DNA of 64,000 bases from an uncultured Gemmatimonadaceae bacterium (GTDB lineage: Bacteria > Gemmatimonadota > Gemmatimonadetes > Gemmatimonadales > Gemmatimonadaceae), in NCBI GenBank assembly GCA_963716745.1, contig OY970320.1:1152001-1216000 (forward strand), given 5' to 3'. Every line of letters starts with the position of its first letter. Within the stretch, counting starts at the first letter, position 1. A program made the position numbers and the translations under genes. The notes below the pieces were generated by a model. It was not told the origin of the DNA. It ran no database searches and saw nothing but the letters and a program-made list of their open reading frames with translations. Of the stretch, positions 35,071-45,442 are shown in pieces.

Positions 35071-35841
35071 TCAGGTAACGGCGTCCGTTTCCTGCGTGAT
35101 GAGTTTATCCCCATCAATGCTCGCGACGCGCACCACGATCGCCGTGATGTTGTCGAGCCCGCCGCGGCCGTTCGCCTCGGAGATCAGCGCGTCCACCACC
35201 CGCTGCGCATTCGCGCGCGACTGCAGCAGCGTCTGGAGCCGGCGGTCGTCCACCATGCCGGTGAGGCCATCGCTCGCGACGAGGAATGTGTCGCCCTGCT
35301 TCACCGGGCCCGTGTACGTATCGGGCTCCACGTCCGCACTGGCGCCCACGCAGCGCGTGATCACGTTCGAATAGGGGTGATACCGCGCCTGTTCCGGCGT
35401 GAGGAATCCCGCGTCCACCTGCTCCTGCACATACGAGTGGTCCTTCGTGAGCTGGTGCAGCACGCCCTCGCGCAGCAGGTACACGCGCGAATCGCCCACC
35501 TGGCCGATGAGGTATTTCCCGTCGCGCAGCAGCAGCACGCTCGCGGTGGTGCCCATCCCCTGCTTGTCCACTTCGGTGAGCGTGCGCTCGAAGATCGCGA
35601 GGTTCGCGCGTTTCATCGCCTGTCCCACCTGCGCGATCACGCTGTCGTCGATGTCCTTCACGGAGCGCAGCTCGTCGGCAATGATCCCCACCGCCATCTC
35701 GCTCGCGACCTCGCCCGCCGCATGGCCGCCCATGCCGTCGGCAACGACGAAGAGACCGGCGCGCACATCCGTGTGCAGCGAATCTTCGTTGCCCGGCCGG
35801 ATCATTCCGACGTTGGTGGCCTGCCCGACTTCGAGTTGCAC
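35071..35841 (-). CDS. PP2C-family Ser/Thr phosphatase
   Basis: RPGNED, VADGMGGHAAGEVAS, GMGTT, VGDSR, SDGL, GGLDNIT. Confidence 0.93.
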   Translation of the reverse strand: MQLEVGQATNVGMIRPGNEDSLHTDVRAGLFVVADGMGGHAAGEVASEMAVGIIADELRSVKDIDDSVIAQVGQAMKRANLAIFERTLTEVDKQGMGTTASVLLLRDGKYLIGQVGDSRVYLLREGVLHQLTKDHSYVQEQVDAGFLTPEQARYHPYSNVITRCVGASADVEPDTYTGPVKQGDTFLVASDGLTGMVDDRRLQTLLQSRANAQRVVDALISEANGRGGLDNITAIVVRVASIDGDKLITQETDAVT

Positions 35842-35842
35842 C

Positions 35843-37108
35843 CTAACGACCCAAGAGGTAGAGGACGAGTGCGCCGAGAGCCAGGACACCAATGAGCCAC
35901 ACCCACACCGGCATGGCCTTCGCTCGCGCCGGCAACGCCGGGCGCGCATCCGCGCGCTCCTTGGCCGCCACCGCGCCTGCCCGGGGCGGTGTCACCGATT
36001 GCGATTGCGGCGGCGTCTTTCCGGGCGTCTGCTTCACCGTGGAGCGTGCCTTGCCATCGGCCGGCTTGAGCGCCGCGATCGCGCGCGTCTGCCCCGCGCC
36101 GCCGGCTTCGGCATCCGAAGCGCGAAAGATGAATTTCACGCCGCCGAATCGCAGATCCGGCGCGCCGACCAATTGCTGTTCACCGTTGATCCGCTTGCCG
36201 CCCACGTAGGTGCCGTTGGTGGAGCCCATGTCCACCACCCACCATCCCGCCTCGCGCCGCTGGAGCTTCACGTGGGTGTCGGAGATGCTCTCGTCCGCGA
36301 TCACGATGTCGTTATGGGCGCCGCGCCCGATGTGCGTGAGCGGCGAGCGCACCTCGAACGACTTTCCGTTCAGCACGCCGGAGCTGGTCACAGTCAGCGT
36401 GCCGAGCACGGTGCGCTCCGCCGCGGCGACCACGCGCGGGCCGGCCGACGGCGCGAGATTGTCGGCGTGGAAGCGGAATTCCTCGGTGCCCACCACGATC
36501 AGATCGCCCTTGCCGAGCCGCACCGGCGCCGCAATGCGCGAACCGTTCACGGTCACGCCGTTCGTGCTCGTGTCGGTGAGCACGTAACCGTCGGGCGTCG
36601 AACCGATCACGGCGTGCTTGCGCGACACATCCCCCGAGCTGACCACCACATCGCATGTCGGGTCTCGGCCGAGCACGAGGCCACCCACCGGCACCGAATA
36701 CTCACGGCCATCCACCAAGGAGATGAGCCGGCCGCCCGTGGCCGCGGTAGGTTTGTGCTGCGCCATTGGTGAAGAAGCTCCCGGCGTCGGGAGCTTCACG
36801 TTCGGAACGTATTGGGTGTTCCCCGCCTTCTTGTCGTCGCCGAAGAAGAGCTCACGGCCGCCGATCTCCATCTTGTCGCCGTGCAGCAGCGGCGATGGCT
36901 CCGCGCCCAGCGCCACGCCGTTCACCTTCACGACCGCATCGGCGCCACGCCACACGACGGTCTCGCCGTCGGCGCCCACCACCAGCCGCGCGAACACGCC
37001 CTCCGCGCCACCCCCGGCGAGCCGGATCTGCGCGTCATTCCCCGAGCCGACGGCGTTCTCGCCGGCGACCAGTGGAAACTGCTGTCCCTCGAGCTTGATA
37101 TACGGCAT
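35843..37108 (-). CDS. Membrane-anchored protein with three FHA domains
   Basis: GRDPTCD..VSRKHA..STNGV; GRGAHND..ISDTH..STNGT; degenerate first FHA; C-terminal TM helix. Confidence 0.88.
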   Translation of the reverse strand: MPYIKLEGQQFPLVAGENAVGSGNDAQIRLAGGGAEGVFARLVVGADGETVVWRGADAVVKVNGVALGAEPSPLLHGDKMEIGGRELFFGDDKKAGNTQYVPNVKLPTPGASSPMAQHKPTAATGGRLISLVDGREYSVPVGGLVLGRDPTCDVVVSSGDVSRKHAVIGSTPDGYVLTDTSTNGVTVNGSRIAAPVRLGKGDLIVVGTEEFRFHADNLAPSAGPRVVAAAERTVLGTLTVTSSGVLNGKSFEVRSPLTHIGRGAHNDIVIADESISDTHVKLQRREAGWWVVDMGSTNGTYVGGKRINGEQQLVGAPDLRFGGVKFIFRASDAEAGGAGQTRAIAALKPADGKARSTVKQTPGKTPPQSQSVTPPRAGAVAAKERADARPALPARAKAMPVWVWLIGVLALGALVLYLLGR

Positions 37109-37203
37109 CAGCACCAGGCAGGCGTGAAAGCGCGCACCCGGAGGGCGCGCGCCGCAACTCGAAACTATTTCCCGGGGAGAGCGGCGGCAAGGAGCCAATA
37201 CTA

Positions 37204-37281
37204 CAGACCTAGACGTTAGACCTAGACGCTAGAATGCGTCCGTAGCTGTCTTCTAGCGTCTAGGTCTAGCGTCTAGGTCTG
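37204..37281. repeat. CTAGAC-type palindrome
   Basis: 31-bp arms 37204-37234 / 37251-37281, one mismatch. Confidence 0.93.
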
Positions 37282-37296
37282 CTGTTAAGTTGAAGC

Positions 37297-40140
37297 ATGA
37301 AGTCCCACTTGGTCATCAGAGGCGCGCGGCAGCACAACCTCCGGGGAGTCGACCTCGACATCCCCCGGCGCGCCATCACGGTGATCACCGGGCCCTCCGG
37401 ATCGGGCAAGAGTTCGCTCGCGTTCGACACGATCTACGCCGAGGGGCAGCGGCGCTACGTCGAGTCGCTCTCGGCGTACGCGCGGCAGTTCCTCGAGCGC
37501 ATGGAGAAGCCCGACGTCGATTTCATCGACGGTCTCTCCCCCGCCGTCGCGATCGAACAGAAGAACCCCACGCGCACGTCGCGATCCACCGTGGGCACCG
37601 CCACAGAGATCTACGACTTTCTGCGGCTGCTCTGGGCGCGTACCGGCCACACGCATTGCGCCGTATGCGGCCGCGAGCTCAGACCCGACAGCGTTCAGAC
37701 CGTCACCGATCGCCTGCTTGCGCTCGACGCCGGCACCCGGTTCTCGATCGCGTTCCCGCTCCGCCTCAGCGAACAGGTGACGCACGCGCAGGTCGTCGAG
37801 GGCCTTCGCGCGCAGGGCTTCGTGCGCGTTCTGCAGGACGGCACGCTCAAACATCTCGACGAGTTGAGCGAGACCGACGATCTCACCGCCGCGAAGGAGT
37901 TGTTGATCGTCGTCGATCGTCTGCAGGTCCCGTCCGACGTCGCCTCTCTTCCCGACACCACCCGCCGCCTCGCCGACGCCCTAAGCACCGCCTTCGCCGA
38001 GGGCGACGGCGACGCTGTGGCCCTCGTAGTTGCAGGCGACAGCCGACAGCCGACAGCCGGTGTTCGCCTTTCATTCACCACCCACTTCGAATGTCCCGAA
38101 GGACACGGAAAGGCCCCCACTCCGACGCCCCAACTTTTCTCCTTCAATAATCCGCGAGGCGCCTGCCCCACCTGCAATGGATTCGGCGCCACGCTCGAGT
38201 ACGATGAGCAGCTCATCGTCCCGCACCCCGAGCGCACGCTCCGCGAGGGCGCGATCGACCCGTGGACCAAGCCGCGCTATGACGGCCGCCGCGCCGCGCT
38301 GGCCGCGTTCGCGAAGAAGGAGAGCATCCCTTTCGATACGCCCTGGCGCGAGCTCACCGCCGACCAGCACCGCCAACTCTTCCACGCGAAGTCCCGCGGC
38401 TACAAAGGGATCATTCCGTTCCTGCAAGACCTCGAGCCCAAGAAGTACAAGCAGTACATCCGCGTGTTCCTCAGGCAGTACCAGCTCGCACACATCTGCC
38501 GCGACTGCCACGGCGCGCGGCTGCAGCCCGCGTCCCTCAATGTGCGCGTCGCCGGGCAGAACATCGCGCAGGTGAGCGCGCTCCCGGTCGAACAGCTCGA
38601 CGCGTGGCTCACCGATCTCAAGTTGTCGGCATTCGAGCAGCAGATCGCCACACATATCCTGCGCGAGGCGCGCGCCCGCACGCGCTTCCTCGTGGACGTC
38701 GGACTCGGCTACCTCTCGCTCGACCGCGCCACGCGTTCGCTCTCCGGCGGCGAAGCCCAGCGCATCGCGCTCGCGAATTCGCTGGGCGCGCACCTCGTGG
38801 ATGCGCTCTACGTGCTCGATGAGCCCAGCATCGGCCTGCACCCGCGCGATGTGAGCCGTCTGCTGACCTTGCTCAAGCGCCTCAAGGACGACGGCAATAC
38901 CGTGATCGTCGTGGAGCACGATCTCGAAGCGATCCGCGCCGCCGATCATATGGTGGAACTCGGCCCCGGCAGCGGCGAGAACGGCGGCCGAGTGGTGTTC
39001 GCCGGCCCGATCGCGGACGCGGCGAAGAGTCCGCTCACCGGCAAGTATCTCACCGGCCAAGAGCGCATCCCGCTTCCCGCTTCCCGCGCCGTCCCGCGCT
39101 CCTGGCTCACGGTGAGCGGTGCGCGCGAGCACAACCTGATCAACGTCACCGCCAAGTTCCCGCTCAACGCGATGACCGTCGTCACCGGCGTGAGCGGCAG
39201 CGGCAAGAGCACGCTCATCCACAATGTGCTCTACCGAGCCCTCGAGAACCGCCTTCGCGGCGACAGCACCGCCAAACAGCACCTCGGCGAGATCATCGGC
39301 GCGTTCGACACACTCACGGGCTGGGAGACGCTCGAGGACGTGGTGCTCGTGGACCAGAGCCCCATCGGCAAGAGCCCGCGCTCGAACCCCGTGACCTACG
39401 TGAAAGCCTGGGACGAAGTGCGTCGCATCTTCGCGGCGCAACCGCTCAGTAAACAGAAGCGATTCAGTGCCGGCACCTTCAGCTTCAACGTGAAGGGCGG
39501 CCGCTGCGACGTGTGCGAGGGCGCCGGGCAGATCCAGATCGAGATGGTGTTCATGGCCGACGTGTACGTGCCGTGCGACGAATGCGGCGGCAAACGCTTC
39601 AAGCCATCCGTGCTGGAAGTGAGAGTGAACGGCAAGAACATCTACGACGTGCTGCAGCTCACCGTGGATGAAGCGATCCGTTTCTTCCCGCGCGAGGAGA
39701 AACTCGGTCAGGCGCTATGGCAGTTGCAGCAAGTCGGCCTCGGCTACCTGCGGCTCGGGCAGCCCGCGCCAACACTCAGCGGCGGCGAGAGCCAACGCAT
39801 CAAGATCGCTCGCGAACTCGCGACCAGCGGCCGCGCGCAGGGGCGCAAGCTCTACATTATGGACGAGCCCACCACGGGTCTTCATCTGGACGACATCAAG
39901 AAACTCGCGCGGGTGTTCGAGCGTCTCGTGGACCATGGGCACACGCTCATCGTGATCGAACACAATCTGGATGTCATCAAGCTGGCCGACTGGGTGGTGG
40001 ACTTGGGCCCCGAAGCGGGAGCCGGTGGCGGCACGGTGGTCGCGATGGGCCGCCCGGAGGAGGTCGCGTTGGTGGAGGCGAGTCACACCGGCCGGTGGCT
40101 GCGCACCGTACTGAATCCCGCACGCCACATTGGCTCGTGA
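37297..40140 (+). CDS. uvrA: Excinuclease ABC subunit A
   Basis: GARQHNL, GPSGSGKSS, EGQRRYVESLS, LSGGEAQRI, second GVSGSGKST, LSGGESQRIK, CxxC zinc modules. Confidence 0.96.
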   Translation: MKSHLVIRGARQHNLRGVDLDIPRRAITVITGPSGSGKSSLAFDTIYAEGQRRYVESLSAYARQFLERMEKPDVDFIDGLSPAVAIEQKNPTRTSRSTVGTATEIYDFLRLLWARTGHTHCAVCGRELRPDSVQTVTDRLLALDAGTRFSIAFPLRLSEQVTHAQVVEGLRAQGFVRVLQDGTLKHLDELSETDDLTAAKELLIVVDRLQVPSDVASLPDTTRRLADALSTAFAEGDGDAVALVVAGDSRQPTAGVRLSFTTHFECPEGHGKAPTPTPQLFSFNNPRGACPTCNGFGATLEYDEQLIVPHPERTLREGAIDPWTKPRYDGRRAALAAFAKKESIPFDTPWRELTADQHRQLFHAKSRGYKGIIPFLQDLEPKKYKQYIRVFLRQYQLAHICRDCHGARLQPASLNVRVAGQNIAQVSALPVEQLDAWLTDLKLSAFEQQIATHILREARARTRFLVDVGLGYLSLDRATRSLSGGEAQRIALANSLGAHLVDALYVLDEPSIGLHPRDVSRLLTLLKRLKDDGNTVIVVEHDLEAIRAADHMVELGPGSGENGGRVVFAGPIADAAKSPLTGKYLTGQERIPLPASRAVPRSWLTVSGAREHNLINVTAKFPLNAMTVVTGVSGSGKSTLIHNVLYRALENRLRGDSTAKQHLGEIIGAFDTLTGWETLEDVVLVDQSPIGKSPRSNPVTYVKAWDEVRRIFAAQPLSKQKRFSAGTFSFNVKGGRCDVCEGAGQIQIEMVFMADVYVPCDECGGKRFKPSVLEVRVNGKNIYDVLQLTVDEAIRFFPREEKLGQALWQLQQVGLGYLRLGQPAPTLSGGESQRIKIARELATSGRAQGRKLYIMDEPTTGLHLDDIKKLARVFERLVDHGHTLIVIEHNLDVIKLADWVVDLGPEAGAGGGTVVAMGRPEEVALVEASHTGRWLRTVLNPARHIGS

Positions 40141-40191
40141 ATCACGGGCCGCTGGCGACAGCCGACAGTCGACTGCCGACGTCCGGATTTC

Positions 40192-40220
40192 TTGATTTAC
40201 CCCTCTCGCACGACTAGACT
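40192..40220 (+). promoter_or_regulatory. Sigma70 promoter of tRNA-Asn
   Basis: TTGATT, 17 nt, TAGACT. Confidence 0.7.
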
Positions 40221-40232
40221 TCCCCTCCCTGA

Positions 40233-40306
40233 TCCCGAGTAGCTCAGCTGGTCAGAGCGGGTGACTGTTAATCACTAGGTCGGGGGTTCGAGTCCCTCCT
40301 CGGGAG
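40233..40306 (+). tRNA. tRNA-Asn (GTT)
   Basis: Acceptor TCCCGAG/CTCGGGA, D arm AGCTCAGCTGGTCAGAGC, anticodon loop CTGTTAA, T loop GTTCGAG; CCA not encoded directly after the discriminator. Confidence 0.97.
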
Positions 40307-40311
40307 CTCCA

Positions 40312-40357
40312 GAAACGGCAAAGGCCGCTCCAATTCGGAGCGGCCTTTGTCGTTTTT
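40312..40357. terminator. Bidirectional intrinsic terminator
   Basis: aaacggcaaaggccgctcc-aattc-ggagcggcctttgtcgttttt between the convergent tRNA and DUF4142 genes. Confidence 0.85.
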
Positions 40358-40373
40358 AGAACCCCCTGGCGCC

Positions 40374-40895
40374 CTACTTCGCCAGCAGCGCTTCCGCCAT
40401 CTTCAGGTGCGCGCCGAACGCCGGCGCCGCGTTCTGCACGAACGTCTTGAGCTCCGCGTTCTGGATCGCGGGCAGGAACTGGTTCGTGACGGCGTCGATC
40501 ACCGCCTTGTGGTACGCCACTTCGTGCTCGAGGAATGCCGAGTCGAATGCCGGACCGCTCAGGCCGTTCAGCTTCTTCATCGTGGCGTTGTAGTCGAGCA
40601 GCAGCGGGAAGTCCGCCGGCACCGGCACCGGCGTGACGCCAAGCTTCGTCGCCAGCGCGCGCGCCTGCTTCTGCAGGCCGCCGTGGTCGCTCGCGAGGTG
40701 CGCGCCGAACTCGCGCACATCCGCCCGTGCCGCCTTCTTCGAGGCGAGAGTGCCGGTGGAGATATCCCATGTGTTCGCCGCGTCGAAGATGCCGACGATC
40801 TGCGCGTCGGTGATGAACAGCTTCCGTCCGCCCGCGAACGCCGACAGCGCGATGACCGCGCCGAGCGCCGCAAAACCGATCCATGACCTGCGCAT
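40374..40895 (-). CDS. Secreted DUF4142 (ferritin-like) protein
   Basis: Signal peptide; DAQIVGI, VREFGAHLASDH, FDSAFLEHEVAYH, HLKMA. Confidence 0.85.
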   Translation of the reverse strand: MRRSWIGFAALGAVIALSAFAGGRKLFITDAQIVGIFDAANTWDISTGTLASKKAARADVREFGAHLASDHGGLQKQARALATKLGVTPVPVPADFPLLLDYNATMKKLNGLSGPAFDSAFLEHEVAYHKAVIDAVTNQFLPAIQNAELKTFVQNAAPAFGAHLKMAEALLAK

Positions 40896-41024
40896 GAGAA
40901 AACTCCTTTGAAGTGGGTTGCCGCCGCCGGCGCACCCGCGCCGGCCGGAGCCCCGAGAGTAGTGCCGGGCGTCTAATATGTCAAGTTTCTTGTGTACATA
41001 TAATATGTCCACTATATTCCCACT

Positions 41025-41649
41025 ATGACCCCCGCCCGCCTCGCCCTCACGCCGCCCCGCCAGCGCGTGCTCGCCGCCCTGCGCACCGGATCGCGCACGG
41101 TGAACGATCTCGCCGGCGGGCTGCACGTCACCGACAACGCCGTGCGCGGGCATCTCGCCGCGCTCGAGCGCGCCGGCCTCGTGCGCGCCACCGGCACCGT
41201 GCGGTCGGGCGATGGCCGGGAAGCCCGCCGTGGAATATGAGGTCACCCAGCAGGCCGAGATCGCGCTCTCGCGAGCCTACGCGCCGGTGCTCGAGGCGCT
41301 CGTCGCCACGCTGGAGCGGCGGCTCGACGGCCGCGCGCTGCTCGAGGCCTTCCGCGATGCGGGGCGCCGACTCGCCGAAGGCGCAAAGCGCCCGGCCTCG
41401 CTCGCCGCGTGCGCCAACATGGTACGCACGCTCCTCACCGATCTCGGCGGTTCGGTCACTGTCACGCGCAAACGCACGCATATCGACGTGCAGGCCAGCG
41501 GCTGTCCGCTCGCGGCGGCCGTCACGGGCGTGCCCGCGAGTTGCACGATGGTGGAAGCGATGCTCGAGGCGCAGACCGGGCGTCCGGTGCAGCAGCGCTG
41601 CGCGCACGGCGCGCGCCCGAGCTGCGCCTTCCGGATCATGGCGGGCTAG
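41025..41649 (+). CDS. wHTH regulator with Cys-rich C-terminal sensor domain (SufR-like architecture), frameshift near 41215
   Basis: TVNDLAGGLHVTDNAVRGHLAALERAGLV, GKPAVEY, GCPL..C..C..C. Confidence 0.8.
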
Positions 41650-41698
41650 GGTGGATGCAGTGCGTACCGCAGTTCGTACGGCAGTCTAACGTCTCAGT

Positions 41699-43127
41699 CT
41701 AACGTCCAACGTCTGCCGTTCCGGTTTTCCGCGCCGCCTTGATCTCGTACATCCGCGCGTCCGCGTTCGCGAGCATCGCTTCCGCCGTCACGCCGCTCTC
41801 CGAATAAATGGCCACGCCGACGCTCAGTGTCACACGCGGCTCTTCGACATCGTCGGCCAGCAGCCCGCCGATGCGCGCCGCGACCGCCTGCGCCGCGCGC
41901 TCGTCGGTCTCCGGCAGGATCAGCGCGAACTCATCGCCCCCGTATCGCGCCAGCGTATCGGTGGATCGCGAGGATCCGCGAAGCGCCTCCGCCACACGCA
42001 CCAGCGCCCGGCTGCCCGTCAGAATGCCCGTGCCGATCGTTGATCTTCTTCAGGTCGTCCACATCCGCCATGAGCAGCGCGAATGGCCGACCGGTGCGCT
42101 CGACGCGGCCGATCTCGGCCACGAGGCGCTCGAGCAAGAGACGATAGTTCGCGAGGCCGGTGAGCGGATCCGTCACCGACAGCACTCGCAGCTGTCCTTC
42201 GAGCCGGCTCCGCTCCGCGATCACCGCCGCGAGCGTCAGCGTCGTGACCGCGAACACGCCCGAGTAGGTCTGCAACAAGAGCAGCGACTCATGCTGCGTC
42301 TCGCGCACGAAGGGGCCGTATCCCAGCAACGTGCCCACGACCGCGATACCGGAGAGGATGAGCATACCCGTCGCCGTCTCACGCGAACCGAAGCGGAACG
42401 CCGCCCAAAGTAATGGCGGAAGACAGAGGAATTCGAGCGGATAGTCCTTCACATCGGTGGGGAAGTAACCGCCGAACACCAGAGCGCCAATGCCGATGAG
42501 CGTGATGTACATCGCCGCCGCTTCGCGCGCGCGCGCGGGACTCCACCACGAGCGCGGCCACTTGTTCCAGAGCAGGATCGCCGGTGCGACGACCAGCGCA
42601 CCCACCGCGTCGCCCAGCCACCACGTAGTCCATATGTGGCCGAAATTCGACCATGGCGCGAAGCCGGCCAGCGCGAGACCGGTAATGCCGATCGTCGGAC
42701 TGATGATCGTCGCGACGAGCCCCGCGAACAGGGCGAAGCGAAACACGCCTTCCGGATGCTCGAAGCTGGAGCGCCCGCCGCCGTAGTGGTTCACGAGCCA
42801 TGCCGCCGCAAGCGCTTCGAGCGTGTTGCCCGTGGCGATCCCGAACGAGGTCGCGAGCGATCCTGCGGTGAGCATGTTCACCGCGAATGCGCCGATGAAG
42901 ATCGCCGGCCACGCGTCCGTGCCCAGCAGGAGCACCGCGGCGATCGCAATGCCGGTGGGCGGCCATACCGCGGTGGCGCTGGCATTCACGAAGGCGAGGC
43001 GCAGCCCGAGCTTCGCCGCGATGAAGTAGACCGCGGCGAGCGCCGCGATCGTCGCGAGACGACGCGGCATGTTCCGGGTGGGAGCGGGCATCCGGGCGGG
43101 GGCTGAGGTGATGGGCGGACTCCGCAT
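41699..43127 (-). CDS. MASE1 + GGDEF diguanylate cyclase, frameshift near 42015 (start may be 43070)
   Basis: VWPPTGIA, WWLGDAVG, DPLTGLAN, DVDDLKKINDRHGH, ARYGGDEF. Confidence 0.88.
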
Positions 43128-43158
43128 ATTCGACCGCGGGGCCCGCCCTATGGTAACG

Positions 43159-44023
43159 CTAAAAGCGCTGCGCCACACCGACCCCGACCGTCGCCGTCCG
43201 CATCGAGATCACGTTGCCGTCCTCCATGCTCTGTTCATCCTGCGCGAACGACGAAAATCGAAGCGCTCCCGTGATACCAAAGTTCGGCGTGACCGCATAA
43301 CGCGACTCCGCCGTGAATTGCGCGGCCGTCTGCGTGATGGTCACCGTGCCTCCCTCGCTTCGGAGGCTGTTCACCCATGGCAGCCACGCTCCGGTGAGCG
43401 ACAGTCCGATCTGCCAGCGCGCACCGATCGGCGCGCGATAGTCGAGCCCCAGCTCGGGCACCGGCAATTCCTGAGCGTAGAAGTCCTCCTTCGTTTCACG
43501 CGTCGCGCTGCTCGGCGCGAGCGTGCCCTCCAGCACGAACTCGAGGACGACGAAGCTGATGCCGGCGGTGCCGCTGAGCACACCACCGCCAATGCCCGCA
43601 ATGCGCCGCGAACCCGTGATCGTCGCCGCGACGAAATTCGGGAACTCCGTGCTCGTCACGAGGCGGCTCCCCGCCGCGAGCGTGGTGCCGTTGAAGTACA
43701 CATCCTGTGACGGTACGGTCTCGCCCCACAGGGAGACGCTCGTGACCGCGAACGAGATCCGCGTGCGCGCGTCGGGCAGCCAATCGAGTTCGACGGCGGC
43801 GGCCCAGAAGGAGCGAATGGCGAGCGAGTGACGGAAGTCGAGGCGCGTGCCCGCGACTTCGTTCTCGCGCACCTGCACGAATCCCGTCGGCGCGCCCGCC
43901 GCGTACATCGGCCAGGATCTCCCAGCGCTTGCCAGGCACCGAGTCGCTCGCGGTGCGCTGACTGGCGGCCGGCAGCGCGGCCACGGCGATCACGAGGAGA
44001 ACACTAGTCGCCCGGCGGAGCAT
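43159..44023 (-). CDS. Outer-membrane beta-barrel hypothetical protein, frameshift near 43908
   Basis: Signal peptide in one frame, amphipathic strands and C-terminal Phe (VGVAQRF) in the other. Confidence 0.65.
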
Positions 44024-44570
44024 ACGGCGCCTTGATCCGCACCGGCGCGATCATCTCCCCCCACTGCAGCCTGAGCACCGCCGAATCGCGCACGACCACC
44101 GGGAAGTAATACGTCAACGTCTCGAGGTAGGCGCCCCGCTCCGTGTGCACCGGCACGCGCAGCGCGTCGTTCGATTCGCCGGGATACTGCGTGTGGAAGA
44201 CGTGCGCCTTCCGGCTCAAGATGAATTGCCAGGTCGAACTATCCTGGGGCATGATCCAGATCGAGTACTCGCCTTGCTTCACATCGCGCCCCTCGATCTG
44301 GACGTCGTGGTCGAAGGCAATGCGTGTCGCCGAGTCGGCGCCCGGATGCCGAATGCGGTCGAACTTCACGACCGCGCCGTCGCCGAAGAGCGTGCGACCC
44401 CTCGCGAACGGCCGGCCATACGCGATCTCGATCGTGGTGTACGCGACGGTCTGACCCACGCTGCCGCGTTGGCTCAACGGATATCTCATGCCCTGCGGCG
44501 TGGCGGCGCGCGTGGCATCGAGAAGCGCGAGCGAGATCAGGAGGAGTGACTGTACGAAATTCATGTGCAC
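44004..44570 (-). CDS. DUF2911 domain protein
   Basis: PLSQRGSVGQTV, IAYGRPFARGRTLFG, GADSATRI, GEYSIW, LQWG. Confidence 0.85.
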   Translation of the reverse strand: MHMNFVQSLLLISLALLDATRAATPQGMRYPLSQRGSVGQTVAYTTIEIAYGRPFARGRTLFGDGAVVKFDRIRHPGADSATRIAFDHDVQIEGRDVKQGEYSIWIMPQDSSTWQFILSRKAHVFHTQYPGESNDALRVPVHTERGAYLETLTYYFPVVVRDSAVLRLQWGEMIAPVRIKAPYAPPGD

Positions 44571-44724
44571 CGATCCGGAGAGATTGACTGTCCTACGATA
44601 CTACATGCGCGTGGAGTGACTAGTACCAGTGCGACAGCGCCCCGCGGACCCCGAGCGCTCTATGAGGGTATGACAGATTGCAGTCGCATCACATGTTCGA
44701 TCAACCCGAATACTGGAGCTTCCA

Positions 44725-45177
44725 ATGCACAATAGATCGCTTGTCGCGGCCCTCGTGGCCGCGTGCTTCGTTGCGCCCCTCAGCGCGCGCGCGCAATCGT
44801 CGCCGCCCAGCAAGATCACGGTCTGCAAGGACGGCACCACCACGACCTCGGTCGGTGCGGGCACCTGCTCCGGGCATGGAGGGGTGGATAAGGACGCGAC
44901 CAAGTTGAAGAACGCGAAGACCGGCGCCGACAAGGTTGGCGCGGCCACGGAGATCGCGGCGCAGAACACCGGGAAGGCGGTGTCGAAGGGCGCCGAGGAC
45001 GTCGGCAAGACCGCGAAGGGCGCGTCGACGGAAGCGGTCGGCGACCACACGAGCGTTTCGGCGGATGGCGCCACCGCGAAGTGCAAGGACGGCACCTACT
45101 CGCATGCCACGCATGAACAGGGCACGTGTGCGAAGCATGGAGGGGTCGCAGTCTGGATCCACAAGCCGACGCCGTAA
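44725..45177 (+). CDS. Secreted protein with two DUF3761-like CKDG..C..HGGV modules
   Basis: CKDGTTTTSVGAGTCSGHGGV and ATAKCKDGTYSH..GTCAKHGGV. Confidence 0.8.
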   Translation: MHNRSLVAALVAACFVAPLSARAQSSPPSKITVCKDGTTTTSVGAGTCSGHGGVDKDATKLKNAKTGADKVGAATEIAAQNTGKAVSKGAEDVGKTAKGASTEAVGDHTSVSADGATAKCKDGTYSHATHEQGTCAKHGGVAVWIHKPTP

Positions 45178-45211
45178 CGAACGACTCACTACGCTACGCG
45201 TGTAGGCTTTC

Positions 45212-45343
45212 GTACCGCTGAAAAAGCGCGTTTAGCAACTGAGCGTATGGTACCACCCTGCGTACGTGGGACTGCTCCCGCGGTCCCACCAACGCCGAGT
45301 CGTACCATACGCTCAGTTGCTAAACGCGCCGTTCCAGCGGAAC
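45212..45343. repeat. GTACCATACGC-family palindrome, copy 1
   Basis: Perfect 28-bp arms 45226-45253 / 45302-45329 with inner hairpin 45266-45289. Confidence 0.92.
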
Positions 45344-45442
45344 GAGGGCCCACACACGCTGTCCCAGCGGTACCAATCCCCACGTACGCCCTTCGTGAGT
45401 GCGGGAGCGAACCATCCGGGCGCGAAGTTTGTCAAACTCCCG

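Noticed and set aside
40233..40306. Prophage or ICE integrated at tRNA-Asn
   Set aside because: No integrase, phage or conjugation genes and no att duplication seen
44725..45177. Cys-motif secreted protein as the MNIO precursor
   Set aside because: About 9 kb from the DUF692 gene and matches a DUF3761-like module; no positive link
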